Below, in pieces: positions 28,100-38,174 of a DNA stretch of 64,000 nucleotides. Position 1 is the stretch's first letter, and every line of letters starts with the position of its first letter. A model generated the notes under the pieces. That model worked only from the letters and a program-made list of their open reading frames with translations, did not search any database and was not told the DNA's origin. The position numbers were made by a program, and so were the translations under genes. Origin of the DNA: an uncultured Candidatus Saccharibacteria bacterium (GTDB lineage Bacteria; Patescibacteriota; CALEFQ01); the NCBI GenBank assembly GCA_965230955.1, contig OZ246404.1, positions 161,184 through 225,183 of the forward strand, given 5' to 3'.

Positions 28100-29158
28100 A
28101 TGTCTTGGTTCCAAACAAACAATTGCGTTGGAGTGGATGTTGGCACCGCCAGTGTCAAAGTTGTTGAATTGGAGCGGGGAGCGAATGGTCCGCGTCTGGC
28201 GACCTACGGTTTGATTGAATTGGAGAGCGATCTCGTCAGCAACAACTCGGCTGATATGCAACAGGTCGTTTCCCGGGCGATCACCGAAATTTCCAAACAA
28301 GCGCAAGTCCAATCAAAGCGGGCGGTTTCTTCTCTGCCCGGCTTTTCTGTTTTTACCTCTTTGATTGATCTGCCGAAAATGAATGACAAAGAGCTGTCTC
28401 AGGCCATCAAATACGAAGCCAAACGATACGTACCTATCTCGCTCGATAATATGGTTCTGGATTGGAAAGTGGTCAATGTTCGCGATGTTTCGACCAAAGA
28501 AGGTCTGGGCTCGACCAGCATGCAGGTTCTGCTCACCGCGGCGCCGAAAGCGCTGGTTGATCGCTATGTCGGAATTTTCCGCGGAACGGAGCTGAAATTA
28601 GTCGGACTGGAAACCGAAGCTTTTGCCCTGACGCGCTCGCTGGTGGGCAATGACCGCGCGCCAATTTTAGTGCTTGATATCGGCGCTTCCGCGACGGATG
28701 TGATCGTGGTGGCCAACGGGTTCCCGATTCTGAATCGGACGCTCGAAGTTGGCGGCCAAGTGCTGACCGAAACCATCGCCCAAAGCTTGAATGTCAGCCT
28801 GGGACGAGCGGAACAATTCAAGCGCGATTTGGGCGTGCGCCAGCACGGCCAAGCGATGCCGCCGGCGATCCAATCGGTGCTCAATCGTATTGTCAGCGAA
28901 GTGCAAAATACCCTGAAGCTTTATTACGCCAAGCAACAGCAAAAAATAGTGAAAATTGTTCTGACCGGGGGAGCGGCTCAGCTCGGCGGTTTATCAAATT
29001 ACCTGGAAAGTGAAATTAATATCAAAACTTTCATGGGTAATCCCTGGGCGAGAATTTCCTATCCGCAAAATCTGGCGGCCACGCTCCAGGAAATCGGGCC
29101 GAATTTCGCCGTTGCTATCGGTTTGGCGATGAGGGAGATGGTGGGGGCGCCTAAATAG
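28100..29158 (+). CDS. pilM: Type IV pilus assembly protein PilM
   Basis: VGVDVGTASVKVVEL, EAKRYVPI, LDIGASAT, LTGGAAQL, AVAIGLAMR. Confidence 0.93.
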   Translation: MSWFQTNNCVGVDVGTASVKVVELERGANGPRLATYGLIELESDLVSNNSADMQQVVSRAITEISKQAQVQSKRAVSSLPGFSVFTSLIDLPKMNDKELSQAIKYEAKRYVPISLDNMVLDWKVVNVRDVSTKEGLGSTSMQVLLTAAPKALVDRYVGIFRGTELKLVGLETEAFALTRSLVGNDRAPILVLDIGASATDVIVVANGFPILNRTLEVGGQVLTETIAQSLNVSLGRAEQFKRDLGVRQHGQAMPPAIQSVLNRIVSEVQNTLKLYYAKQQQKIVKIVLTGGAAQLGGLSNYLESEINIKTFMGNPWARISYPQNLAATLQEIGPNFAVAIGLAMREMVGAPK

Positions 29159-29238
29159 TCTACAGTCTTTGGTCTTTGGTCTTTAGTCTTTAGAAGTAGG
29201 GGATTCTAAAGGCTGGTGACTAATAACTAATAACTAAT
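29156..29238. repeat. GTCTTTG-type 7-nt inverted-repeat element between pilM and pilN
   Basis: agtcttt ggtcttt ggtcttt agtcttt ag ... ctaaagg ctggtga ctaataa ctaataa ctaa. Confidence 0.7.
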
Positions 29239-29240
29239 TT

Positions 29241-29888
29241 ATGGCGAATATTAATCTGATTCCCCAAAACCAGCTAAAGGCTCAAGCGCCGAATCACTCA
29301 TTGATGCTGGGTTTGATTTTTGCGATTATCGCGGTAGCGGCGATGTTCGGCGGCTTTTTCATCTTCGGCTTGGTCATGGATCAAAACAAGAAACAGGCGG
29401 AAGCGGACAAACTGGTGGTCATGCGGGAAAAGGAATCCTATGCCGATGTATCCGCTGACGCGAAACTTCTGCAGAAACAATTGAGCAGTCTCAAAACTGT
29501 TCTCGATAAGCATATTTACTGGTCGCAATTGCTCTGGAATTTGGAAGACCGCACCCTCAAAACAGTATCGATCAGCAGTTTTTCCGCGGCCGTGCCGGGG
29601 CAAGTTGAATTGGAAGCGGTCGCGCCCCAATACGGCGAAGTGGCCAAGCAAATCCAGGCTTATATTCAGGATCCGTTTTTCGCCAGTTACCGTCTCAATC
29701 GCGCCTCGCTGGCGGCGACCGCGGACGGTAAAACCAAGGTGGTTTTCAGTCTCAGTTTGCAACTGGCCAACGACGCCTTGTTGCAAACCGATCAACAGTT
29801 GATTCAAAACAGTCAGCGCTCGCTGGAATTGACCGTGCCGGTCGTGACTCCGGCGACAACGCCGACAGTGACCGCCGTGAATCCTTAA
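29241..29888 (+). CDS. pilN: PilN-like protein
   Basis: INLIP motif, TM, coiled coil; follows pilM. Confidence 0.82.
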   Translation: MANINLIPQNQLKAQAPNHSLMLGLIFAIIAVAAMFGGFFIFGLVMDQNKKQAEADKLVVMREKESYADVSADAKLLQKQLSSLKTVLDKHIYWSQLLWNLEDRTLKTVSISSFSAAVPGQVELEAVAPQYGEVAKQIQAYIQDPFFASYRLNRASLAATADGKTKVVFSLSLQLANDALLQTDQQLIQNSQRSLELTVPVVTPATTPTVTAVNP

Positions 29889-29915
29889 TCGATATATTTC
29901 TAAAAATATAAATAT

Positions 29916-30476
29916 ATGGCGCTTAATCTCCGATCACAAAAATTAATCTATGTCGCGGTGATTGTAGTCATCGTTTTGATCGCGATATTTTTCGGCTATA
30001 CCCAGTACCAGACCGCCGCCTCGAAGTGGAAATCAGCCCAGCTGGCCGGTTTGGAAGTGAAAACACTGAAGCAGGAAGTGGTCGATCTCCAAAAACTGAA
30101 AGCGGAGCTGGATAAATCCGCTGCGGAAATTTCCTCCGTCGAAAAAGCTTTGCCGCCGGGATTGGCGATGCCGGAACTGCTGACCAATCTGGAAGCCATC
30201 GCTATCAAAAGTGAAATGACTTTCAATTCGGTCGATGTCGCCGGCGGAAAGAGCAAAACGGCTACCACGGCCAAGGCGGCCGCGGCTGCGGCCGAGTCAA
30301 AAGTCGCCGGGCTTCAAGAATTGCCGGTGACCGTTTCCGTGACGGGCGGATATGCCAATTTGAAAATGTATTTGGACAGCCTGGAACACAATCTTCGCTT
30401 GGTTGATGTCCAGTCGATCAATATGGAAGCTGCGGGCACTTACACCATCGCTCTCAAGGCTTATTACGTCGAATAA
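29916..30476 (+). CDS. pilO: PilO-like protein
   Basis: TM, coiled coil, ALP...PELL, V.G.Y..LK.YL..LE..LRLVDV. Confidence 0.85.
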   Translation: MALNLRSQKLIYVAVIVVIVLIAIFFGYTQYQTAASKWKSAQLAGLEVKTLKQEVVDLQKLKAELDKSAAEISSVEKALPPGLAMPELLTNLEAIAIKSEMTFNSVDVAGGKSKTATTAKAAAAAAESKVAGLQELPVTVSVTGGYANLKMYLDSLEHNLRLVDVQSINMEAAGTYTIALKAYYVE

Positions 30477-30493
30477 AAATCTAAAATAAACAT

Positions 30494-30769
30494 ATGAAAA
30501 AACGCGAAACTATTTTACTGGCCGTGCTGGGGGTGGTGGTCGTGGTGGCGATAATTATTTTCTTCGCGGCGTCTCAACCGGCGGTCACGCCGGAGAATTC
30601 GGTGTCTAAAACCGAAGTTTCCACCGAATCGGTGATGACTTCGCTGGCCGGAGTCCAGGCCGTCATGAACAGCGACAAATTCGCGACTCTGTCGACCTAC
30701 GGAAAAATTCCGGTAGTGGTCGAGCCGTTTGAAATGGGAAATAAAAACCCGCTCAATCCTTCTCGTTAA
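30494..30769 (+). CDS. Small membrane-anchored pilus accessory protein (PilP position)
   Basis: TM and C-terminal GNKNPL; operon position. Confidence 0.6.
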   Translation: MKKRETILLAVLGVVVVVAIIIFFAASQPAVTPENSVSKTEVSTESVMTSLAGVQAVMNSDKFATLSTYGKIPVVVEPFEMGNKNPLNPSR

Positions 30770-30774
30770 TTATT

Positions 30775-32583
30775 ATGGCCGATAATCCCAATCCAATTTC
30801 TCCCGTGCGCGGCATTGAACCGTCCGCCGGCCGTGGCGTCAATCTGACGCCTTCCGAAGCGCCAAGCATCGTGCAGATTCTGCAGGATGACGGTTTGATT
30901 ACCGGGGAGCAGGTAAAAATTTTGCAAGATGAAAGCCAGCGTTCCGGCCGAAGTATCGATGAAATATTATTGGAATTGAGATTTGTCACCGATGATTCCT
31001 TGGCTCAGGCCAAAGCCAAACAGCTGGGCTTGCCGTTTGTCGATTTGCGCGACAAGACCATCCCGAAAGAATTGCTGGATATCATCCCGGGTGACGCGGC
31101 GCGTAATTACCGTTTTGTGGTTTTTGAGCGTGACGGCAAGACGCTGAAAGTCGCCCTGACCGATCCGCAGAATTTTCAGGCGCTGGAAGCTCTGGATTTT
31201 ATCGTTCGCCGGGACAATTACGAGAGCCAGCTCTATGTGACCACTTATGGCGGCATGGATCAGGCGCTCAAACAATACGGCGGAATGACCGAGGAAGTGG
31301 GGCAGGCGCTTAAAACCGCCAAACTGGAATTGGAAGAAGAACCCGGCGGAAAACTCGGCGGCGAGGAGCTGGCGCGCTATGTGGAACAAGCGCCGGTTTC
31401 CAAAGCGGTCAGCGTGATTATCCAGAATGCCGTCAATGATCGCGCCAGTGATATACATATTGAGCCGGAAGATGTCGAAGTCCGGATCCGCTACCGTATT
31501 GACGGGGTCTTGCGCACCGTCTTGACGCTGTCGCGCCAGGTACACGCGGCGATCGTTTCCCGTATCAAAATTATGGCGGGCCTGAAAATCGACGAAACGC
31601 GGATTCCTCAGGATGGGCGTTTTCACCTGAAATTGTCCGATCGGGAAATTGATTTTCGTATTTCCACTTTGCCGACTATTAACGGTGAAAAAGTCGTCCT
31701 GCGTATTTTGGATCGTTCCGCCGGGGTGCTGAAGCTGGAAACTCTCGGGCTGAACGGCCTGCGCTTGGACGGCGTGAAAAAAGCCATCCGCAAAAGCCAC
31801 GGCATGTTTCTGGTTACCGGCCCGACCGGCGCCGGAAAATCGACGACGCTGTATTCGGTGCTCGGCATTTTGAACGAACCGGAAGTCAATATTGTGACGC
31901 TCGAAGATCCGGTGGAGTATTTTATGCAGGGTATTTCGCAATCACAAATCAATCCCGAAGTCGGTTTGTCTTTTGCTTCCGGTTTGCGTTCGATTTTGCG
32001 CCAGGATCCGGATATCATCATGGTCGGCGAAATTCGCGATCGGGAAACGGCGGCCATGGCGGTGCACGCGGCTCTGACCGGCCATATTGTCCTTTCTACT
32101 TTGCATACCAATAGTTCGTACGGAGCGATCCCGAGGCTGGTTGATATGGGTATCGAGCCTTTCTTGCTGGCTTCGTCCCTGAATGTCATCGTGGCTCAGC
32201 GCCTGGTGCGCCAGCTGTGTCCGGATTGCCGGCAACAAGCTCCGGCCACGGCCGAAGAAAGCGCGATGATTATGAAAGAGTGGGGGGCGATTCCGGCCGA
32301 TGAAAAAAAGAACCTAAAGCTGAAAATAGACGATCCGATCAAAATCTGGCACGCGCGCGGTTGTCCAAAATGCAAAGACGGCTATCGCGGCCGAATCGGT
32401 ATATTTGAAGTTATGCTGGTAGATAGCCGGATCCGGGATGCCATGCTCCAGCGCGCTTCGGAAACCAAGCTCAAAACCATCGCTCGAGAAAACGGCTTGA
32501 TCACAATGATGGAAGACGGCGTGATTAAAATTTTGCAGGGCCGAACCACGACCGAAGAAGTCCTGCGTACGACGCAAGATTAA
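30775..32583 (+). CDS. pilB: Type IV pilus extension ATPase PilB/GspE
   Basis: ASDIHIEP, RIPQDGR, TGPTGAGKSTTLY, LRQDPDIIMVGEIRD, tetracysteine motif. Confidence 0.95.
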   Translation: MADNPNPISPVRGIEPSAGRGVNLTPSEAPSIVQILQDDGLITGEQVKILQDESQRSGRSIDEILLELRFVTDDSLAQAKAKQLGLPFVDLRDKTIPKELLDIIPGDAARNYRFVVFERDGKTLKVALTDPQNFQALEALDFIVRRDNYESQLYVTTYGGMDQALKQYGGMTEEVGQALKTAKLELEEEPGGKLGGEELARYVEQAPVSKAVSVIIQNAVNDRASDIHIEPEDVEVRIRYRIDGVLRTVLTLSRQVHAAIVSRIKIMAGLKIDETRIPQDGRFHLKLSDREIDFRISTLPTINGEKVVLRILDRSAGVLKLETLGLNGLRLDGVKKAIRKSHGMFLVTGPTGAGKSTTLYSVLGILNEPEVNIVTLEDPVEYFMQGISQSQINPEVGLSFASGLRSILRQDPDIIMVGEIRDRETAAMAVHAALTGHIVLSTLHTNSSYGAIPRLVDMGIEPFLLASSLNVIVAQRLVRQLCPDCRQQAPATAEESAMIMKEWGAIPADEKKNLKLKIDDPIKIWHARGCPKCKDGYRGRIGIFEVMLVDSRIRDAMLQRASETKLKTIARENGLITMMEDGVIKILQGRTTTEEVLRTTQD

Positions 32584-32586
32584 AAG

Positions 32587-32654
32587 GGTCTTTGGTCTTT
32601 TGTCTTTAGTCTCGGCTAAAGACAAAGGACTAAAGACTAAAGACTAAAGACTAA
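32587..32654. repeat. GTCTTTG/CTAAAGA 7-nt inverted-repeat element between pilB and pilT
   Basis: ggtcttt ggtcttt tgtcttt agtc tcg gctaaag acaaagg actaaag actaaag actaaag act. Confidence 0.8.
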
Positions 32655-32657
32655 TTT

Positions 32658-33731
32658 ATGGCTACTTCCGAAAAACTAAATCTCGATAAACTATTTGACG
32701 TGGTGTTGGATCGTAACGCTTCCGATTTGCATCTGACGGTCGGACGCGCGCCCACTATTAGGGTGGATCGAAAACTGATTCCGATTCCCGGGGAGCAGAT
32801 TTTGACCGCGGATGCAGCCAAATCGCTGGTCAATGCTTTACTGACCGAAAAACAACGCCAGGTATTTGAAGCCCAGTGGGAACTTGATCTGTCCTATGCC
32901 TACGGCGACAAAGCGCGATTTAGGATCAACGTTTTTCACCAGAAAGGCTGTGTCGGTGCGGCGATGCGCCTGATCCCGCGCAAAATTCGCACGGTGGAAG
33001 AATTGGGCTTGCCTCCCATTCTTAAAAATTTTACCAAAGAATCGCAAGGTTTGGTGTTGATGGTCGGTCCGACCGGGCACGGCAAATCGACAACACTGGC
33101 GGCGATGGTGGACTTGATCAATCACGAACGGGCGGAGCACATTATCACCATCGAAGATCCGATCGAATATTTATTCACCGGTGACAAGTCGATTATCGAC
33201 CAGCGGGAGGTCAATCAAGATACGATGTCATTCACCAAGGCTCTGCGCTCGGCTTTGCGCGAGGATCCAAACGTTGCGATGGTCGGCGAAATGCGCGATC
33301 TTGATACGATCGCGACCACGATTACGGTGGCCGAAACCGGGCACTTGGTTTTCGCGACACTGCATACTAATAATGCCGCTCAGACGGTGGATCGTATCAT
33401 TGACGCTTTTCCGTCGCACCAGCAAAATCAGATTAAAACTCAGCTGGCTTCGATTCTCACGGCCGTGGTTTCTCAGCGCTTGATTCCCAAAATCGGCGGG
33501 GGGCGAATCGTGGCGTCGGAAATTATGATGGCGACGCCGGCCGTCCGCAACCTGATTCGCGAAAACAAAGCTTACCAGATCGACAGCGTGATCCAGACCA
33601 GCGCCGAAGAGGGGATGATTTCTCTGGACAATTCACTGGCCGGCCTGGTGAAAGGGCAGCAAATTACCATGGAAGACGCGCTGATGTTCGCCTCGGATCC
33701 CAAAAACCTCTCGGCTTTGCTGCGGTCATAA
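32658..33731 (+). CDS. pilT: Type IV pilus retraction ATPase PilT
   Basis: ASDLHL, GPTGHGKSTTLA, ALREDP, AETGHLVFATLHT, AVRNLIRE. Confidence 0.96.
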   Translation: MATSEKLNLDKLFDVVLDRNASDLHLTVGRAPTIRVDRKLIPIPGEQILTADAAKSLVNALLTEKQRQVFEAQWELDLSYAYGDKARFRINVFHQKGCVGAAMRLIPRKIRTVEELGLPPILKNFTKESQGLVLMVGPTGHGKSTTLAAMVDLINHERAEHIITIEDPIEYLFTGDKSIIDQREVNQDTMSFTKALRSALREDPNVAMVGEMRDLDTIATTITVAETGHLVFATLHTNNAAQTVDRIIDAFPSHQQNQIKTQLASILTAVVSQRLIPKIGGGRIVASEIMMATPAVRNLIRENKAYQIDSVIQTSAEEGMISLDNSLAGLVKGQQITMEDALMFASDPKNLSALLRS

Positions 33732-33745
33732 TCAACGACGATAAT

Positions 33746-33828
33746 AAGTATCAGGTAACATGTAACAAGTAACAAATAGGAAATTATCTATTCCATTTTG
33801 TTACCTGTTCCCTGTTACTTGTTACTTG
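33746..33828. repeat. Empty GTAACAA-type 7-nt inverted-repeat element between pilT and pilC
   Basis: ggtaacatgtaacaagtaacaaataggaa-attatcta-ttccattttgttacctgttccctgttacttgttac. Confidence 0.85.
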
Positions 33829-33838
33829 AATACTCCAT

Positions 33839-35047
33839 ATGCCTATCTACAATTATCGCGCGAAAACTTTTAAGGGCGAAGTCCAGGCGGGGACCGTGGA
33901 TGCCGCCAGTCCGCAATCCGCGGCTGACGTGTTACGCAGCCATAATTTGGTCGTGGTGGAATTAAACGAAGAAGGCACGCAAGCCGGTCTACAGAGCCGT
34001 CTTAAGATTTTTGACCGGGTCCATCCGCGCGATATCGTGATTTTTTCCCGGCAACTCTCGACTATGATTTCCGCTACTTTGCCGCTGGTCCAGGGTTTGC
34101 GCGTCTTGTCTGAACAACAGCAAAATCCTCTTTTCAAAAAAATAATGGAAGATATTACCGCCCGGGTTGACGGCGGAGCGCGCCTGTCGGTGGCGATGAA
34201 CCAGTATCCGGATACTTTTTCCAATTTTTTTGTCAGCGTGGTGCAGACGGGGGAGACCAGCGGTAAATTGGATGAATCGCTGAATTACCTGGCCGATCAG
34301 CTGGAAAAAGACTACGACCTGACGTCGAAAATTCGCTCGGCCATGTATTACCCGGCCTTTATCCTCGGCGGGATCGTGGTGGTGGCGATTATCATGGTGA
34401 CGTATGTCATCCCGCAATTGGAATCAGTGCTGATCGGCATGCAGGCGAATCTGCCCTGGTCGACCAAAGCTCTGCTCGGCGCCAGCAATTTTTTCCGCGA
34501 CTATTGGTGGATCATTTTGATCGTCGGCGTTTTGATTTTCTGGTGGCTTCGATCCTGGAGCCGGACGATGGATGGGAAGCGGAAACTGGATCAAATGAAA
34601 CTGAAATTGCCTATTTTCGGCAAGCTTTTTCGCTGGGTCTATATCACCAGAATGTCGCGCACTCTCTACACCTTGCTCGTCGGCGGAGTGAAAATCATTG
34701 AAGCGCTCGGCGTCACGGCTTCGGTTATCGGCAATTCGGTCTACAGTGATATCATAAAAAAAGCGGCTCAGCGCGTGGAATCCGGCGATTCGATCTCGAC
34801 CGTCTTGCGCCAGGAAAAGGAAGTGCCGCTGATGGTCTCGCAGGTGATCGAAGTGGGGGAGAAAACCGGCAAACTGCCCTTTACCCTGCAAAAAATTTCC
34901 GAATTCTACGGCCGAGAGCTGGATAATGCCGTCAAAGGCTTGTCCTCTTTGCTGGAGCCGATAATTATGGTAGTATTAGGCATCGGTGTCGGGATTCTCA
35001 TGGCCGCTGTTATTATGCCTATCTACAATATTAGTTCGATGATGTAG
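33839..35047 (+). CDS. pilC: Type IV pilus platform protein PilC/GspF
   Basis: FSRQLSTMI, GETSGKLD, AMYYP, GEKTGKL, LLEPIIMV. Confidence 0.95.
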   Translation: MPIYNYRAKTFKGEVQAGTVDAASPQSAADVLRSHNLVVVELNEEGTQAGLQSRLKIFDRVHPRDIVIFSRQLSTMISATLPLVQGLRVLSEQQQNPLFKKIMEDITARVDGGARLSVAMNQYPDTFSNFFVSVVQTGETSGKLDESLNYLADQLEKDYDLTSKIRSAMYYPAFILGGIVVVAIIMVTYVIPQLESVLIGMQANLPWSTKALLGASNFFRDYWWIILIVGVLIFWWLRSWSRTMDGKRKLDQMKLKLPIFGKLFRWVYITRMSRTLYTLLVGGVKIIEALGVTASVIGNSVYSDIIKKAAQRVESGDSISTVLRQEKEVPLMVSQVIEVGEKTGKLPFTLQKISEFYGRELDNAVKGLSSLLEPIIMVVLGIGVGILMAAVIMPIYNISSMM

Positions 35048-35489
35048 TAACAAGTAACAGGTAACAGAGAACAAGTAACAAATCGGAAAACTATTAATAT
35101 AAAAGGGAGGGATATGAGGGAGGGGATTAGGTTTAGAAGCAGAAAATTTGCTTTGATGGTCATAAGGCTGGTGGCAGATTTCTTAAAAAACAAAGAAGCA
35201 TATATCATTGGCAGTCAGTTGATCCGATCGGCGACATCTATCGGCGCTAATTTGGCGGAAGCGTATGTGGCACGTTCCCGTTCGGAATTTCGGAGTATAA
35301 ATAATATTGCTCTTCGCGAGAGCGAAGAAACTAAGTACTGGTTGGAACTAGCCCGAGATGCATTTCTCGTCGACGAATCAAAGCTTGCCCCGGTTCTCCG
35401 AGAGGCTAAAGAAATTTGCAAAATCTTGGCTACAATTGTTATAAAATGTAAAAACTAATTCCTATTTGTTACTTGTTACATGTTACTTG
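35046..35489. mobile_element. Filled GTAACAA-type element: inverted 7-nt arms (35046-35089 and 35459-35489) enclosing a four-helix-bundle gene
   Basis: The arms and their inner GGAA/TTCC ends match the empty elements at 33746 and 40532. Confidence 0.65.
35114..35458 (+). CDS. Four helix bundle protein (23S rRNA IVP / Avd-like fold family)
   Basis: QLIRSATSIGANLAEA....SR.EF.....IALRESEETKYWLEL signature; GGGAGG SD. Confidence 0.9.
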   Translation: MREGIRFRSRKFALMVIRLVADFLKNKEAYIIGSQLIRSATSIGANLAEAYVARSRSEFRSINNIALRESEETKYWLELARDAFLVDESKLAPVLREAKEICKILATIVIKCKN

Positions 35490-35534
35490 CTTTTAAATGA
35501 TGTTTAAATAAAATTATGGAAAGGGGGTGAGTCT

Positions 35535-35960
35535 ATGTCAAAACAAAAAGGTTTTACGCTCATTGAGCTCTTGGTCGTCATCGCCATTATCGCCATCTTG
35601 GCGGCTGTGGTTTTGGTGGCTTTGGGTAATGCCGCTCAGTCGGCACGCGATTCCACCCGGAAGGCCGACCTCAACAGTGTTATGACTGCTATGGAGTTAT
35701 ATAACACTACTAATGGCGCTTTCCCGGCGGCCGGTGTTTGTGCGGCGAATGGAGTCATTGCAGCTGCATCAGGCGGCACGATTTGTAACGGCTCTCCGTT
35801 ATCTGATGGCACTACCACCTATATCGCTGTGTTACCAACCGATCCTAATGGTACTCAAACTTATACTTGGACCGGTGATGCGACAACCTATCAACTTGAT
35901 GTGGGTTTGGAAGGTGGCGGAACATTCCGCTGCACGAATGGTTCTTGTTACACCCCATAA
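35535..35960 (+). CDS. pilA: Major type IV pilin
   Basis: KG|FTLIELLVVIAIIAILAA; ARD..RKADL; Cys pairs; strong SD; hairpin downstream. Confidence 0.88.
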   Translation: MSKQKGFTLIELLVVIAIIAILAAVVLVALGNAAQSARDSTRKADLNSVMTAMELYNTTNGAFPAAGVCAANGVIAAASGGTICNGSPLSDGTTTYIAVLPTDPNGTQTYTWTGDATTYQLDVGLEGGGTFRCTNGSCYTP

Positions 35961-36047
35961 GTTTATAGTTTGCTGATCTACCCCCACGCTCGAAGGTCGA
36001 GAGTGGGGGCGATGAGCAAATATTATTATCGCGGGAGCAATGTTAAC

Positions 36048-36096
36048 TTCGGCGGAACTCGATCCGCCGAAGCCCCGTTTCGGGGCGAAGGTAGAT
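36048..36096. repeat. GC-rich palindromic element (CCGCCGAAGC...GCGAAGG type)
   Basis: cttcggcgga..tccgccgaag ccccg-ttt-cggggcgaagg. Confidence 0.55.
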
Positions 36097-36101
36097 AAAT
36101 T

Positions 36102-36887
36102 ATGATCTCGCTTTGGTCAGTTATCGTTTTTTTTCTCGGCCTCTGTGTGGGCAGTTTTTTAAATGCGCTGATTTTTCGGCTACATTCCGGCGAATCGGTG
36201 GCTAAGGGGCGCTCGAAGTGCCCCAAATGCCAACACCAACTCAGTGACTGGGATTTAATTCCGGTCATTAGCTTTATCGCCCTGCGCGGAAAGTGCCGTT
36301 ATTGCCACGCCCCGATTTCTTGGCAGTACCCGACAGTGGAATTGGTGACGGCGATTTTATTTGTCCTGGTCTATCTGTATCTGATACCTTCGACGCAAGT
36401 TGGGACGATGACCGGGATTTTTTATTTGGCCTTTCTTTGGTTTATCGTCAGTGTGTCGATTATCGTTTTTGTCTACGACCTGAAGCATTACTTGATTCTC
36501 GACAAAGTCATTTATCCCGCTCTGGCGGTGACTTTTATCGCCGTTTTATTTTTGCCGCAATTTGATTTTTGGCGCGCGCTGATCGGGAGCGGGGTGGTTG
36601 GCGGGTTTTTCCTAATTTTGGTATTATTATCAAAAGAGACTTGGATGGGTTGGGGGGATGTGAAGCTGGGATTTTTGCTGGGCTTGGTGGTCGGCTGGCC
36701 GCTCTGTCTGCCTCTGTTCTTGATCGCTTTCGTCGGCGGCTCGGCCGTCGCGCTTCTCCTGATGGGTCTGAAACTAAAAGGCTGGAAAGACTCGGTGCCG
36801 TTCGGCACGATGCTCACTGCGGCAGCGGTGATAACACTATTTGTGGGGCAAAAATTGATTGATTGGTACTTTGGACTATTGGTATAA
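36102..36887 (+). CDS. pilD: Prepilin peptidase
   Basis: GSFLNALIFR, RSKCPKC, GKCRYC, YDLKH, MGWGDVKL, VPFG. Confidence 0.95.
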   Translation: MISLWSVIVFFLGLCVGSFLNALIFRLHSGESVAKGRSKCPKCQHQLSDWDLIPVISFIALRGKCRYCHAPISWQYPTVELVTAILFVLVYLYLIPSTQVGTMTGIFYLAFLWFIVSVSIIVFVYDLKHYLILDKVIYPALAVTFIAVLFLPQFDFWRALIGSGVVGGFFLILVLLSKETWMGWGDVKLGFLLGLVVGWPLCLPLFLIAFVGGSAVALLLMGLKLKGWKDSVPFGTMLTAAAVITLFVGQKLIDWYFGLLV

Positions 36888-36960
36888 GTTAAAAGTCAAA
36901 AATCAAAAGTCAAAAGTTTCTTGTTGCTACTTTTGACCTTTGACCTTTGACTTTTGACTT
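36886..36960. repeat. Empty GTCAAAA-type inverted-repeat element filling the gap between pilD and the first minor pilin
   Basis: aagttaa aagtcaa aaatcaa aagtcaa aagt ... acttttgacctttgacctttgacttttgactt|ATG. Confidence 0.85.
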
Positions 36961-37542
36961 ATGTCAAAAGTTTCCCATCAACGCGGTTTTACCCTGATCG
37001 AGATGCTCGTCACCATCTCTATTTTGGTTTTGTTGAGCGCGATGGTGGTGGTCAATTTCCGCGATGCCGAAAAGGGGAACGCGGTGCGGCTCGGGGCGGA
37101 GCAGTTTGTCGGTGTGTTACGCGAGGCGCAGAATTACGCTTTGGCGCAAAAGCGGGTAGTGGTCGGAAAAGACAGTATTGTACCGGCCGGCTACGGCGTT
37201 TATATCAAACTGGTGAAAGGCCAGACTACGGAAGCCGTTTTTTTCGCCGACACCGGGCCGAAGCTCGGTTTGTATGAGCCGAAAGAAGACCTCGAGATCC
37301 GCACGGAAGAGCTCCCGCGGTACGCGGTTTTCTCTTCGTTACTTGGCGGGGCCACGGATGAATTAAGCCTTATTTTTTCTCCTCCGGACGGCGCTGTAAA
37401 TTTCGGAAATCTCCCGGCGGAATTATCGGCCACGGAGGTAGCGGTGGTGATTCAGCTTTATCTGGGCGGCGAGGTCGGCGGTACCGCCAAGAGCGTCATT
37501 GTAAATTCACTGACTTCATTGATTGAAATAAAAGATTTCTAA
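36961..37542 (+). CDS. Minor pilin (FimT/GspH-like)
   Basis: RG|FTLIEMLV; LREAQNYA; YGVY. Confidence 0.85.
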   Translation: MSKVSHQRGFTLIEMLVTISILVLLSAMVVVNFRDAEKGNAVRLGAEQFVGVLREAQNYALAQKRVVVGKDSIVPAGYGVYIKLVKGQTTEAVFFADTGPKLGLYEPKEDLEIRTEELPRYAVFSSLLGGATDELSLIFSPPDGAVNFGNLPAELSATEVAVVIQLYLGGEVGGTAKSVIVNSLTSLIEIKDF

Positions 37543-37543
37543 T

Positions 37544-38110
37544 ATGCAGGCTTCACGCGGACAATCCTTGATTGAAACTCTGGTGGCCCTATCGGTCATG
37601 GTCATTGGTATTGCCGGCGCGGTGTCGCTCGGAATCATTTCCATCCGTGCGGGGCAGACCAGCCAATTGGACGTGGTGGCGGAAAATCTGGCGCGGGAGG
37701 GGATAGAGGCGGCGCGTTCGGTGCGGGATGCCAATTGGCGAGAGGGACAAGCCTGGAATGCCGGCCTGGCCGATGGTTCATACCGAGTGATAGTTGGTAT
37801 CGCGGACGATCCGGCTGATCAGCCGATTACTTTAGAACCGGTTGATGACACCCAACCCCTATCCGGTTTTAATTACAAAATTTGTTTGACGCCGATCGGA
37901 CAATATTTGTCCCCGACAAATTTGACTACGCCGGACGCCGAATGTTCGTCGCAAAATCCGGCTTGGGAAAATACGGCCTTTCACCGGCGCGTGACGGTGA
38001 AAGAAATCAGTGCCGTGCAGATTCAGATTACTTGCGAAGTCCTGCGCAGCGGCGGCGTGGGGAGTGTCACTTATACCGTGGCGGAGGATTTGTATGATTG
38101 GCATGAATAG
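37544..38110 (+). CDS. Minor pilin (PilV/GspI-like)
   Basis: RG|QSLIETLVAL; LAREGIEAARSVRD. Confidence 0.82.
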   Translation: MQASRGQSLIETLVALSVMVIGIAGAVSLGIISIRAGQTSQLDVVAENLAREGIEAARSVRDANWREGQAWNAGLADGSYRVIVGIADDPADQPITLEPVDDTQPLSGFNYKICLTPIGQYLSPTNLTTPDAECSSQNPAWENTAFHRRVTVKEISAVQIQITCEVLRSGGVGSVTYTVAEDLYDWHE

Positions 38111-38113
38111 AAG

Positions 38114-38173
38114 AGTCTTTGGTCGTTGGTCTTTGGTCTTTCGCGAAAGACTAAAGACTAAAGACTAAAGACA
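38114..38173. repeat. GTCTTTG/CTAAAGA inverted-repeat element between minor pilins
   Basis: agtcttt ggtcgtt ggtcttt ggtcttt cgcg aaagact aaagact aaagact aaagac. Confidence 0.85.
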
Positions 38174-38174
38174 G

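Noticed and set aside
30967-31941. Long antisense ORFs (e.g. 324 aa here; also 52316-53185, 2882-3631, 38151-38846, 39707-40426)
   Set aside because: They are shadows of well-supported genes on the opposite strand and have no motifs or initiation signals.
35114-35458. Diversity-generating retroelement based on the Avd-like gene
   Set aside because: No reverse transcriptase, and no template/variable repeat pair with adenine-specific mismatches, was seen in the window.
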